A stretch of DNA of 64,000 nt from a virus (Duplodnaviria > Caudoviricetes), in IMG/VR virus record IMGVR_UViG_3300035698_013504, positions 96,001 through 160,000 of that record; one strand, 5' to 3'. Under the pieces are notes generated by a model. That model was not told the origin of the DNA, did not search any database, and saw only the letters and a program-made list of their open reading frames with translations. This document shows, piece after piece, positions 55,454 to 64,000 of the stretch. Positions within the stretch are counted from its first letter, which is position 1. The number at the start of each line of letters is the position of its first letter. The position numbers and the translations under genes are program-made.

Positions 55454-55698
55454 TGCTTTGGGCTGTTGTAGAAATCACACGAGATGAACCCTCTGTAGTC
55501 CTGTTCGGTACGAAGGGTGAAGCGATTGATGAAGCCATTTTGCGCCTGGAGGAGGGCAACGTCACAATAACTGAAAGCATCATTGATGACTTTGAAGCTG
55601 AGGGCTCGTACTGCGAGTCGTGTTGGGCGGTGCATGTTGTGCCTGCTGACCCTTGTCCTCAGTTGCTTAAAGCGGGGCCAACATGTCATTCGGCGTGA
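55453..55698 (+). CDS. hypothetical protein (81 aa)
   Basis: TAATG overlap. Confidence 0.55.
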   Translation: MLWAVVEITRDEPSVVLFGTKGEAIDEAILRLEEGNVTITESIIDDFEAEGSYCESCWAVHVVPADPCPQLLKAGPTCHSA

Positions 55699-56108
55699 TG
55701 AAGACGGCAGCGCTGTATGCAAAGCGAATCAATTCTGCTTGTCGACTTTGTCGTCGTCGTAACGAGATAGATAGCCCCGTTATGGTTTCAGGTACAAATG
55801 TGCCGTTTCGGATTAAAGGCTCACAGGTAAAGGCCACGGTATTTGGAACCGAAACGCACTACTGTCTCCGCTGTTTTCGAGCGCTCGTTAGCGCCGCGAT
55901 GAAGTCGAGTCCGGAGATACGGGAGGCGGTAACGTCGAACGCGTCGTTCTCCAAGCTCTTGCTTGGGTATGGTATGGACCACCTTTGTGTTGGGCAGTCC
56001 ACCCTACTAGGTGGTCGTGATTGGGTGCTTGTGCCAAATGTGGTGTGCCCTGAAGATGACATGTTAAGACCCTTTTGGGATCAGGTTAGAGAGGAAGTAC
56101 AAGTATGA
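55683..56108 (+). CDS. hypothetical CxxC..CxxC protein (141 aa)
   Basis: CRLC...CLRC. Confidence 0.55.
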   Translation: MSFGVMKTAALYAKRINSACRLCRRRNEIDSPVMVSGTNVPFRIKGSQVKATVFGTETHYCLRCFRALVSAAMKSSPEIREAVTSNASFSKLLLGYGMDHLCVGQSTLLGGRDWVLVPNVVCPEDDMLRPFWDQVREEVQV

Positions 56109-56461
56109 TGCATATTACGGTTTTTGGTAAAGAAGATTGTTCGCTTTGTAAGGCGATCAAGGAGCTGTTCTCAAATCACATCGCTGGCGGGCGCCTTAAC
56201 GCGACGATTGATGTCTTTGAGTTTCCAACGTCGCTGGTAGGCACGTCGGTGGAGCAGCGAGGAGTTCTTGCGAACATCCGCGGGGATATGGCGTTTCATG
56301 ATCTTTATGAGGCTCCGGCGGTACTCGTTCGTTCTGCCCCTGAAGGTACTGTGATTTGGCAAGCCGGGGAGATCAAGAGTATTAAGACGATCCCCACAGG
56401 CAAGATCATTCGGGCGTCAAGTGGCGACGAGGACAGCCTCAACGCCCTGGCCCAAGGTTAG
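56105..56461 (+). CDS. thioredoxin/glutaredoxin-like protein
   Basis: ITVFGKEDCSLCKAIK; APAVLV cis-Pro equivalent. Confidence 0.65.
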   Translation: MMHITVFGKEDCSLCKAIKELFSNHIAGGRLNATIDVFEFPTSLVGTSVEQRGVLANIRGDMAFHDLYEAPAVLVRSAPEGTVIWQAGEIKSIKTIPTGKIIRASSGDEDSLNALAQG

Positions 56462-56472
56462 CAACGCGTTGC
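56461..56472. promoter_or_regulatory. perfect palindromic operator-like motif gcaacgcgttgc
   Basis: After a stop codon, 22 nt upstream of a -35 box. Confidence 0.55.
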
Positions 56473-56494
56473 TGAAATACCTCAAATAGTTGTC

Positions 56495-56523
56495 TTGCAT
56501 TTCAGCGGCTGTGTGGGTATAAT
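56495..56523 (+). promoter_or_regulatory. sigma70-type promoter TTGCAT-N17-TATAAT
   Basis: Perfect -10; intergenic. Confidence 0.7.
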
Positions 56524-56554
56524 GTTTACAACTGGTAGGTGGAGGCAATGACCG

Positions 56555-57487
56555 ATGGATAGTGTTCATGACTACAAGTTGGGTAAGATTGCCCACCTTC
56601 GTAGGCAGATTCACGAGAAGGTTCACTTCTTGAAGCAGTACCTGGGAGAGGAGCTAAGCGGCGCTACCTTCCAGGCGTATGTTGACGCAATGAGGGCCTG
56701 CCTCCGCCTACCGGTTGCAAGCAGGTCCGTATTAGCCGCGTCGTTATCTCAGTTCGCCGGAGAGGTTCTCACAAGTGACATGGCACGCCAGATAGAATAC
56801 ATGATGGCAGGTGGCCGGGATATGTTAGAGCCATCGGCCCTGTCTATGAAAGACGAGGCGCTGGACTTTGACTCCTCGGAGTCTCTTACTGAGGTTACGC
56901 AGCGGCGGAAAGCCGGGCAGGTGATCTTACCGTTTCAAGGCGTGTTGAAGCCGCAGTGGTTTCCCGTCGAGATAACAGACGGTGTGTTGTCATCTGCAGG
57001 CCGTAAGAATACGGTCTTTGTTGAGTTCTCGTTCATCATCGCGGCTGGGCCCGGCTCCGGAGCAACGCTGAAGCAGAAGGTTCCTAAGGGCTTTGTGCAT
57101 CAGTTTGCTGTAGCGCTGGGCTTACCGAAGTTCAAACGGTACCACCACCGCGAGCTTGTACGCATGTGGTTTACAGGTCTATGGGACCTAGTAGACGATA
57201 AGCCGACGTTGCAGAAGCACAGAGTAGAGCCGCACCACGTAACGCACAACCAGAAGACCTACCGAGCTCGTAGCCGCGCATGTATTCGGGAATGGAACGT
57301 TCTGTGTCACAACTGTCATGTAGGCTTCGAGGCGTGCCCCAACGGTACGCACTGGTTGACCCACACGGCAAAGGAGTGCAGGAATGGCCATCGTGGGTGG
57401 TTCCTGAAAGAAGGTACATCACCGCTATGTCTTCGTTGTCAGGAGGCAGCAGTTCGAAGGAGGAGACGAAGTGCCGCTACAGCTTAG
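56555..57487 (+). CDS. hypothetical protein with a Cys/His-rich C-terminus (310 aa)
   Basis: SD ggagg; C..C..C..H..C..H..CxxC tail. Confidence 0.65.
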   Translation: MDSVHDYKLGKIAHLRRQIHEKVHFLKQYLGEELSGATFQAYVDAMRACLRLPVASRSVLAASLSQFAGEVLTSDMARQIEYMMAGGRDMLEPSALSMKDEALDFDSSESLTEVTQRRKAGQVILPFQGVLKPQWFPVEITDGVLSSAGRKNTVFVEFSFIIAAGPGSGATLKQKVPKGFVHQFAVALGLPKFKRYHHRELVRMWFTGLWDLVDDKPTLQKHRVEPHHVTHNQKTYRARSRACIREWNVLCHNCHVGFEACPNGTHWLTHTAKECRNGHRGWFLKEGTSPLCLRCQEAAVRRRRRSAATA

Positions 57488-57995
57488 ACCAACGGACGGG
57501 TCTGATAACAGACTGTACTGTCCGGATCGTGACGTCGTCTATTTGTTCCCGGCGCTTGTTCGTCGGATGATGCATTCGTTTGATGACCAGGACTTGGAGG
57601 AGGTTTGGTGGCTCAACTATCCGCCGGGTCTAATAGAGGCCGCGAAGTCAATGGCCTTGTTCTGGGACCTCGCGCGTGACGGCAACGTACCCGCGGAAGA
57701 CGTGCTGGACAGGTGCGGGTTTACGTCTTTGAGTCTTCAGATACGGCTTGCGGTCTCGCATAGGTTCTTCCAGCTGTTCTTGCAGTCGTACATCGTGTAC
57801 CTGCGTGATATCACAACGCCCGGCGAGCCCCTTCCGGACAAGATTGTCAGTGACTACAACCATCTGCGGTTTGCAGAAACCTATAAGTCGTGGGGGCCGC
57901 TAAGAAGGTGGACCCACCGAGCAGTGCGTTGTGTACGTCGGTGGTTTGAGGCCACGAAGTACGACGCTCCGGGAGAAAAATGTCAATCAGAATAG
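57471..57995 (+). CDS. hypothetical protein (174 aa)
   Basis: GTG start after aggaggag. Confidence 0.6.
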   Translation: MPLQLRPTDGSDNRLYCPDRDVVYLFPALVRRMMHSFDDQDLEEVWWLNYPPGLIEAAKSMALFWDLARDGNVPAEDVLDRCGFTSLSLQIRLAVSHRFFQLFLQSYIVYLRDITTPGEPLPDKIVSDYNHLRFAETYKSWGPLRRWTHRAVRCVRRWFEATKYDAPGEKCQSE

Positions 57996-58693
57996 AACTT
58001 CAGAGGCTGACAGGCATGTTGCAGCAGATCGCCAACAGCTTTGGACTTGAAGACCTTCCCCGTAAGTACCTCGTGTTGGACTGCGAGACTTCGGGCGTCG
58101 ATAAAAACAACGACAGTATCATTCAAGTAGGGTACTGCGCTGTTGATTATGGAAAACCTCAGCTGATGGGCTCGATTACCATAAACCGCCCGCCGGGTGT
58201 CGTACGGGACTGGCCTATTATCACAAAGATCACGGGACTTACGCAGGCTGACCTTGACGTTGCTATGTCCCCTGAGGCCATATTCCCTAGATTCATGGAT
58301 ATGATTAAGGATTGGCTGGACAAGGACCATTTGCTCGTTGGCCACAACTTCATACGGTTTGACCTGCCCTTCTTTAATCGGGCGTTCGCTTCGGTAGGTG
58401 ACACTAGACGGATACCGGCTGACCGGTGTCTTGATACGGGTATGATGGTGAAGGCGTCACGCCTGAACCTGTCTATGTTGCCCAAGGAGAGCTTCAGATC
58501 TTTTGCTACGCGGGTGGACAGTATCCGCCGTCGTGGCGTCTACTGGTCGCTTGACAGGTACTGCATTGATGCTTACGGCCTTGAGAAGCGCGGTGCGGAT
58601 AGGACTAAGGCTCATGATGCAGGCTATGACTGTTTCATGACTCACCTCTTGCTTGAGGCCATGCGAGAGCAGCATGAGGAGGCGCAGCAATGA
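57980..58693 (+). CDS. DEDDh 3'-5' exonuclease (DnaQ-like)
   Basis: LDCETSG (ExoI), VGHNFIRFD (ExoII), AHDAGYD (ExoIII). Confidence 0.88.
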   Translation: MSIRIELQRLTGMLQQIANSFGLEDLPRKYLVLDCETSGVDKNNDSIIQVGYCAVDYGKPQLMGSITINRPPGVVRDWPIITKITGLTQADLDVAMSPEAIFPRFMDMIKDWLDKDHLLVGHNFIRFDLPFFNRAFASVGDTRRIPADRCLDTGMMVKASRLNLSMLPKESFRSFATRVDSIRRRGVYWSLDRYCIDAYGLEKRGADRTKAHDAGYDCFMTHLLLEAMREQHEEAQQ

Positions 58694-59031
58694 GGTACTG
58701 CAAGAAGCCCGTTGCGGTAGAAGCCGTAAGGTGGTTTAAGAATGGGGACCACCCCGACGACGGGAAGGAAACCTTCACAGATGATGATGGTACTCATCTT
58801 TATGGGGGCAAGGTAGTTCGACGTTATCGCCATCCAGAGCATAGTGGGCTAAGCATGTGTGACCAGTGCGGGGTTAAGATGCATTACCACGGCTGGCTTG
58901 ACACACTTGAGGGTGGGCAGGTTGTCTGTCCGGGTGACTGGATTATCACGGTAGAGGGCGAAATGTGTCTCTGTAAACCGAGAGTCTTTGACGCGATGTA
59001 CGAACCTATGGAGGTAGATGACAATGGGTAG
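58690..59031 (+). CDS. conserved phage protein (KKPV.VEAV...TLEG....PGDWII..CKP..F)
   Basis: Motif widespread in phages as I recall it; function unknown. Confidence 0.7.
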   Translation: MRYCKKPVAVEAVRWFKNGDHPDDGKETFTDDDGTHLYGGKVVRRYRHPEHSGLSMCDQCGVKMHYHGWLDTLEGGQVVCPGDWIITVEGEMCLCKPRVFDAMYEPMEVDDNG

Positions 59032-59617
59032 GCTACTTGCCCTAGACCCAGGAACGAAGTGCGGGTATGCGATTGTCGACTTCAGTGCCGACAACATGCC
59101 TAAGAAGGCCGACCCGAACCTTTGTGGTGTATGGGACTTGGCCGCTAAGCGCCACGAGGGCGCCGGGATGCGTTTCGTACGCTTCAAGAAGTTGCTGTTA
59201 GACACAGCCCCGACGATTGTTCTTTATGAAGAGGTACAGAGCCACTTCAAGTCGTCAGGAGCCGCACAGATGTACGGAGGTATCAGGAGTATCCTCGTGG
59301 CTTATTGCGAGGAGCATGAAGTACCGTACGCAGGTATCCCTGTGGGTACCATTAAGAAGCGCGCGACAGGTAAGGGTAACTGCGGCAAGGTTCCCATGAT
59401 CTCAGCGGCCATTGACTTCTTTGGCGCGATACAGCTCAATCCTGACCGAGCTGGTAAGGGTGACGACGACATCGCTGATGCGTTGTGGATCGCCCAGATC
59501 GGCGTTGAAGACTACATTGAGGGAGCAGTAGATGGCGGCCAGGAAGAAGTTCGAGACCAGGATGGTAGTCCGGATATCGCCGAACCAGGTGGTGCTGAGG
59601 ATTCTGGAGCGGTGTGA
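59018..59617 (+). CDS. ruvC: RuvC-like Holliday junction resolvase
   Basis: LALDPG..CGYA, LYEEV, VGTIKKRATGKGN..K, DDIADAL. Confidence 0.85.
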   Translation: MTMGRLLALDPGTKCGYAIVDFSADNMPKKADPNLCGVWDLAAKRHEGAGMRFVRFKKLLLDTAPTIVLYEEVQSHFKSSGAAQMYGGIRSILVAYCEEHEVPYAGIPVGTIKKRATGKGNCGKVPMISAAIDFFGAIQLNPDRAGKGDDDIADALWIAQIGVEDYIEGAVDGGQEEVRDQDGSPDIAEPGGAEDSGAV

Positions 59618-59870
59618 CTCGGTTGATGGTAAGGCCTGGTGGCGCCTAGAGGTGGACGACGGCATAACGCTGTCGACGCTGTACACGTGGATCGACAATA
59701 ACTTATTGAACGACTGCGGCGAGGTTAAGTGCGAGAGCGCCCGACAAGTGCTGAGTCTTATTGGTAAGGCGGTAGTCGCCCCGGGTTGTAGCGTTGACAT
59801 ATCTTCCAACATCAAGTGGCCAGTGTGGCGACTTTACATCAAGCACCTTATAACAGGAGGCTACGAGTGA
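59532..59870 (+). CDS. hypothetical protein (112 aa)
   Basis: ATG after ggagcag; overlaps the ruvC tail. Confidence 0.55.
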   Translation: MAARKKFETRMVVRISPNQVVLRILERCDSVDGKAWWRLEVDDGITLSTLYTWIDNNLLNDCGEVKCESARQVLSLIGKAVVAPGCSVDISSNIKWPVWRLYIKHLITGGYE

Positions 59871-60856
59871 GAGACCATCAGATACTTGGTTCAGATGGAC
59901 AGCCGATCACTGACCCTGAGGACATCAACGTCTTGATGATCGAGGCAAAGCGAGCGTTGCAGGACAACGAAACAGCGTTGTTGGTTCATGCAATGACTCA
60001 GGCGCATCAGATCTATCAGTTCGCTAGAGCTGAGCTGGAGACAAAGAACCTATCCCCCGACGTGTTACAGGTACTTGTTGAGTCTTCGACAGGTAAGGCA
60101 ACGAAGGGATTCACGATTCAGCAGTTGGTCAGAAGTCTTAAGAAGAAGACGGTTCCGTTTCTTGAGCACAAGATGGCCAACTTCCGCAAGGAAGAGAACA
60201 AGAGGAAGGAGCAAGCGAAGAAGATAGAACGCGCGCTTCCTCCTGTAGGTTTCCGTATGCCGCTGAAGTCTATGCAGGACAAGGTGGAGAGGTTTACGCT
60301 GTCGAGTGCCTTCGTCGTAGCAGGCAAGGATCATACTGGACAGATGGGTCTGCTTCAGCATACAGCGAAGCATTTCAAGGATCAAGAATACCGTGTTGCG
60401 TATCTTAGCGGCGCGGACTATACCCCTGACAAGGGCGGCGTACCGTGGGCTACAATGCTCATGCCTGCGTCTTGGTGGGCAGGGGCTGCGGCTAGTGCCC
60501 AGACGTTCGCAGAGGCGCTGGCCCCTGTTGCAGAGCAGGACATGCAGTTCCTTTTCGTCGAGAACCTCTCTGTGGCCTGTGGCGTACAGGACTCCTTCGA
60601 GTCTATGCGTGACTGGACGCAGCGTGCGATGGCTTTGCTCGTGTCGTGGTGTAAGTCGAAGCGGGTGGCCCTCTTTATGGGGCTGGACGTTTCACAGTGT
60701 GTGGACCCGGACAACCTCGAGACTGATTTCCCGTTTCTTGCTGACATACCCTATGTCGTAGCGAGATCCGGGGGTGTCGAGGGTACTGATGGTGTGTTGA
60801 TGCACGTCATCGTTGAGAATGACACAGTTCCACTGGAGGATGATGATGGCGAGTAG
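59816..60856 (+). CDS. hypothetical protein with a degenerate RecA-fold/P-loop C-terminus
   Basis: VVAGKDHTGQ, VAYLS, FLFVENL and ALFMG strand order; no catalytic Lys. Confidence 0.45.
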   Translation: MASVATLHQAPYNRRLRVRDHQILGSDGQPITDPEDINVLMIEAKRALQDNETALLVHAMTQAHQIYQFARAELETKNLSPDVLQVLVESSTGKATKGFTIQQLVRSLKKKTVPFLEHKMANFRKEENKRKEQAKKIERALPPVGFRMPLKSMQDKVERFTLSSAFVVAGKDHTGQMGLLQHTAKHFKDQEYRVAYLSGADYTPDKGGVPWATMLMPASWWAGAAASAQTFAEALAPVAEQDMQFLFVENLSVACGVQDSFESMRDWTQRAMALLVSWCKSKRVALFMGLDVSQCVDPDNLETDFPFLADIPYVVARSGGVEGTDGVLMHVIVENDTVPLEDDDGE

Positions 60857-61469
60857 TGAAGCTCCCCTATTTCTTGGCTTTGTTACTGAGGCCCTGCCGG
60901 ATTGGGCGTCGTACATTCCCCCGATTGTCGCCCCGTCGAATTACAAAGACGAGGTTAAGATCATGGCGTACATTGATAAGCGGCAGGACGAGCTGCTGTC
61001 TTCGGCGCACGTAGGTTCGCTTACCGGGCGTGTGACTGGCTTCTCGGCGGTCAATATTGATGGTGAGGTTATAGCCGAAGGATGTACCGCGGTTGACTTC
61101 ACGAACATATTTGGTTCTGGGGGCACCCGGGAGATTCAGTGTGAGCACGCGGAAGATAACTTCTTTGGGTCTTTTCAAGTCCATTACATTGCCCCTGCGC
61201 TCGTAGGCTTTGGGCTGAAGGACCGGCTGCGGCAACTATCTATCCAGTTAGCGGCTGACGGAATCCTGCCGCCCACGTGGATGTGGCAAGTACCGGTGTT
61301 CAACTCGTTCGCTTATGGTATCGTCGACCCGCTTCGTATAGCCGATTGTGGCATAGACGAGCTTCCGGCCTTGCTGTACCGTCTTGGTGTTGACCAGGAT
61401 CGGTTTGACTTTTCCACCCCTGTCGGTTACGCACAGGCGGCAAGGATTATCTATGGGAGGTTTGTGTAA
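60843..61469 (+). CDS. hypothetical protein resembling an inactive PolB-type 3'-5' exonuclease
   Basis: FLGFVTEALPD, ALVGFGLKDRLRQL, IVDPL; acidic catalytic residues are missing. Confidence 0.4.
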   Translation: MMASSEAPLFLGFVTEALPDWASYIPPIVAPSNYKDEVKIMAYIDKRQDELLSSAHVGSLTGRVTGFSAVNIDGEVIAEGCTAVDFTNIFGSGGTREIQCEHAEDNFFGSFQVHYIAPALVGFGLKDRLRQLSIQLAADGILPPTWMWQVPVFNSFAYGIVDPLRIADCGIDELPALLYRLGVDQDRFDFSTPVGYAQAARIIYGRFV

Positions 61470-61470
61470 C

Positions 61471-62097
61471 ATGACAGAGCCTGTACAGATGCGTCAGAAG
61501 GGCGAGCCTGACCCGGTGAAGTCCCCTGACAAGAGTATCAAAGGTGTTCGTACTCTCGCTGACCTTCGTAGCGAAGGTTACAGACCGTTCTCCATATCGT
61601 TGCTACACGCCTACGCTGGTGTGGACTTCGACATCGTTGCCCGGTTTGCCGAGGAGAGCAAGGAGACCGTAAGGTCTATGGCTATTAACTTTCCCTTCCC
61701 CCTCTTCAGTGTTGATAGCGAGTGGACTCGTCTATTGCATATCATCAACGAAGATGTGTGGGAGACGTTCAGGGCATTCATGATGGGTGTCGTGTTCGCC
61801 AATACTCCCGAGCAGGAGTATTGGAAGGCCACGCCCGCGCTGGGTACGCTTCAGGACCCGTTCGCGAGGATGACGAACCCGACGGAGGAGCCGGAACGTT
61901 GTTCGTTAGACGTGCTGCTCCCCATCGGCAACAAGCGGAGTCTTGGTATTATCCCCCACACCATTGAGGTTGAGGACGCCGAGGCGCCGGTCAGGATCGT
62001 ACAAATACCTACATCGATCACCTTGCAGTGGGGTCCGCCGGATCCCCGGGTTGTCGAGGAGGCTAAGGCCGTGTTTAGCACAGGAGACTTACAGTGA
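61471..62097 (+). CDS. hypothetical protein
   Basis: ATG 61471 after ggagg. Confidence 0.6.
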   Translation: MTEPVQMRQKGEPDPVKSPDKSIKGVRTLADLRSEGYRPFSISLLHAYAGVDFDIVARFAEESKETVRSMAINFPFPLFSVDSEWTRLLHIINEDVWETFRAFMMGVVFANTPEQEYWKATPALGTLQDPFARMTNPTEEPERCSLDVLLPIGNKRSLGIIPHTIEVEDAEAPVRIVQIPTSITLQWGPPDPRVVEEAKAVFSTGDLQ

Positions 62098-62381
62098 ACC
62101 TCGTTATCGCAATGCCGGACAGCATCGACGCTGGAAACGCCGTAGTTGTAAACCCCGACCTTGAGGCCGACAGTCAGGCTCTCGGGTCGCACCATGAAAT
62201 TCACATGGAGCCCATCTTCTACTCGAAGACGGCGCTTGTGAACGGGCCGTCTATCAGGCTGGTGGACGACGACGGTAAGATCATCTTTGCCGGTGTCCTC
62301 CGTATCTCTGGTAAGACTGGACAGATGTCTCTTGAGAGACGTATGAACCCGGTCAAGCCCGCGATCGTATCCGGCGAATGA
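62094..62381 (+). CDS. hypothetical protein (95 aa)
   Basis: GTGA overlap; SD aggag. Confidence 0.6.
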   Translation: MNLVIAMPDSIDAGNAVVVNPDLEADSQALGSHHEIHMEPIFYSKTALVNGPSIRLVDDDGKIIFAGVLRISGKTGQMSLERRMNPVKPAIVSGE

Positions 62382-63022
62382 TCAAATACGCGCACGTGCG
62401 TGAGATCGACGAGGGGGTGGAGGTTGTCGGTATATCCGGCGAGCCACCCGATGAGACGTTCAGGGTGTTGTCTTCGTGGAAGACGGCAGACGAGGCCATA
62501 TCTATCCTAGAGCTTAATGGGTGGAGTCGTGTTTGGTCCTCAGGTAAGTCTACCGGCCTTGTAGGTCCGCGGCTGTGGTGTCCTCCGGTAATGGGCCCTT
62601 CATTGGGTTCTTTGCCGGGGGTGCCCACTGCCTGCGTTCCCGTATCGTTCCTTGAAGCTTGTCCGTTCCCTGTTCACTCCGTGCATATTCCAGAGGTGAA
62701 CCATACGTATGATATCTTCCCGGAGATTGTTGAAGTTTTGGATCGCCGGTATGGTGCTATGTTTGGGTTCACTTACGGCGTGTCATCACTTATGGACATG
62801 TCATCTTCACTTGGCTATGGCCCTGTGCTTAACGCTGTGAGTCAGCGTGTTGGTGTAGGTATTCGTGCGATTGGTATTTGGTTTCGGCCCGAGGATGCTC
62901 AAACGGCCGCGTATAAGTACTTTGACAATTTGATCAGGAGAGACACAGATGGGAGTTTCTATGCGGAGGTTCGTGCGTACATTCACCGAAACGCGTTATC
63001 AGACGCTGACCCCGGGGGGTGA
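62378..63022 (+). CDS. hypothetical protein (214 aa)
   Basis: ATGA overlap. Confidence 0.6.
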   Translation: MIKYAHVREIDEGVEVVGISGEPPDETFRVLSSWKTADEAISILELNGWSRVWSSGKSTGLVGPRLWCPPVMGPSLGSLPGVPTACVPVSFLEACPFPVHSVHIPEVNHTYDIFPEIVEVLDRRYGAMFGFTYGVSSLMDMSSSLGYGPVLNAVSQRVGVGIRAIGIWFRPEDAQTAAYKYFDNLIRRDTDGSFYAEVRAYIHRNALSDADPGG

Positions 63023-63470
63023 CGAGCAGCAGTGGCGTACAGAGACGTCGACGGATTCGATTGACAACCAGGTCAACAAGTGGCTGTCTGAGGAGGATGC
63101 GATCATCATCTCGATTCAGCCAGAGACAAACATATCCGTCAGGAACACAGGTCCCGGCGAGATCGGGCAGAGGACAGTCAGGCTCCGGTATGTCGTATTG
63201 TACATGCCTGCTGACAAGTACTTTGAGTCCGAGACTCATCTGCGTCAAGCCACGCTGGCTGGTGTTGTTCAGGGCTTGCCTGTTGCACCACAGCCGCTAG
63301 CACCCATGACAGCCCCGGAGCGTACGGTAGTCGTATCGGACCCCGCGCCACCGCAGCAAGCCCCGAGGATGTTCCCCGGTATGCCCATCGAGGTTGTTCC
63401 CGTACCCTCAACGCCTCAGGCCCCCCCACCGCCGCTATCTACGCAAGGCGCTATCGTAGCGGGCGGGTAG
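62949..63470 (+). CDS. hypothetical protein with a Pro-rich tail
   Basis: IDNQVNKWL...IISIQ motif; start uncertain. Confidence 0.55.
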   Translation: MGVSMRRFVRTFTETRYQTLTPGGDEQQWRTETSTDSIDNQVNKWLSEEDAIIISIQPETNISVRNTGPGEIGQRTVRLRYVVLYMPADKYFESETHLRQATLAGVVQGLPVAPQPLAPMTAPERTVVVSDPAPPQQAPRMFPGMPIEVVPVPSTPQAPPPPLSTQGAIVAGG

Positions 63471-63509
63471 ATGTTCAACACCGCAATCTTTGTTACATGA
63501 GAAGGAGTA

Positions 63510-63851
63510 ATGATGGCAGACAAAAAGTTCTGGATGGTGCTCGTAGGCGATGATGACCCGGTGTGTATCGGGATCAACTCCGAGGAAGAGCTTCAGAAAG
63601 CTATACGTACTAGAGTGCTCGAGGCTGTAGAACCTCTGTGGGCATTTGTCTTTGACGGTGAGAAGTTAAAGATTCAGAATCCCCTGGCGTCCTGCACGGT
63701 TACCGGCGCAGGCGTTAACATGGAGATCAAAGGTGTAGGGGCCGGTCAAGCTGACGACGATTTGTTCGTCCCGATGAGGTATGTACGAGATGTTGCCACT
63801 AGAGAAGCCCCCGACGATGTCCCCCCTCCTGAAGACTCTGACGGAGAATAA
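63510..63851 (+). CDS. hypothetical protein (113 aa)
   Basis: SD aaggag. Confidence 0.65.
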   Translation: MMADKKFWMVLVGDDDPVCIGINSEEELQKAIRTRVLEAVEPLWAFVFDGEKLKIQNPLASCTVTGAGVNMEIKGVGAGQADDDLFVPMRYVRDVATREAPDDVPPPEDSDGE

Positions 63852-64000
63852 GATACGCGAGATAGCCGGGAGGTACACGGGGAACCGCCCCTTCCAAGTT
63901 CGAAGCTCTAAGGCGCGCGTCGACCCAGATGACCCAGACCGCGTTATTATCGATGTCGAGTTCATGCCCGTACTAGATCACATCACTGTCGATTTCACTA
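63817..64000 (+). CDS. 3'-truncated small ORF resembling a tail-sheath C-terminal/gp25-like module
   Basis: MSPLLKTLTENKIREIAGRYTGNRPFQVRSSKARVDPDDPDRVIIDVEFMPVLDHITVDFT..., open to the window end. Confidence 0.4.
   Translation, partial: MSPLLKTLTENKIREIAGRYTGNRPFQVRSSKARVDPDDPDRVIIDVEFMPVLDHITVDFT

Noticed and set aside
1-64000. tRNA/rRNA genes, integrase or IS elements, stop-codon reassignment
   Set aside because: No cloverleaf with T-loop/CCA, rRNA or transposase/integrase motifs were recognised by eye. Core genes are intact in the standard code and use TAG, TGA and TAA as stops.

Overview
This 64 kb window looks like part of a large tailed dsDNA phage genome (host not determinable) with standard genetic code, dense gene packing and mostly + strand genes. 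(1) 1-8.2 kb: paralogous Cys-rich, probably virion tail/baseplate-type proteins carrying long poly-Ser and Pro-Thr/Pro-Ser linkers. (2) 8.7-15.8 kb: five glycosyltransferase-type genes (KpsS-like+GT2 fusion, GT2, GT+methyltransferase fusion, GT9, Zn-finger+GT2-like). (3) 16-29 kb: head/packaging-adjacent unknowns, a degenerate primase-like protein, a GpA-type terminase large subunit (- strand), a MoxR AAA+/VWA-metallopeptidase pair, and a Rep-like Zn-finger gene followed by a 76-bp AT-rich palindrome. (4) 29.3-45.5 kb: replication/recombination module with Mre11/SbcD, Rad50/SbcC, a solitary RAMP/Cas7-like gene under its own sigma70 promoter, UvsW-like helicase, DnaB, primase, a UDG-PolA fusion split by a group I intron (40879-41746) carrying an HNH homing endonuclease, an SSB-like gene and a RecA-like gene. 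(5) 45.5-64 kb: accessory genes (XRE, DUF932, DUF1016-N-like, SP-lyase-like radical SAM, MazG-like, thioredoxin-like, DEDDh exonuclease, RuvC, many unknowns). The strongest candidates for new biology are the orphan RAMP gene at the head of the replication operon (no cas genes or array in the window) and the pairing of Ser/Thr-rich virion proteins with a glycosylation cassette. A recurrent 12-bp palindromic operator and the candidate origin are also notable. All family assignments come from motifs read by eye; no database search was run.
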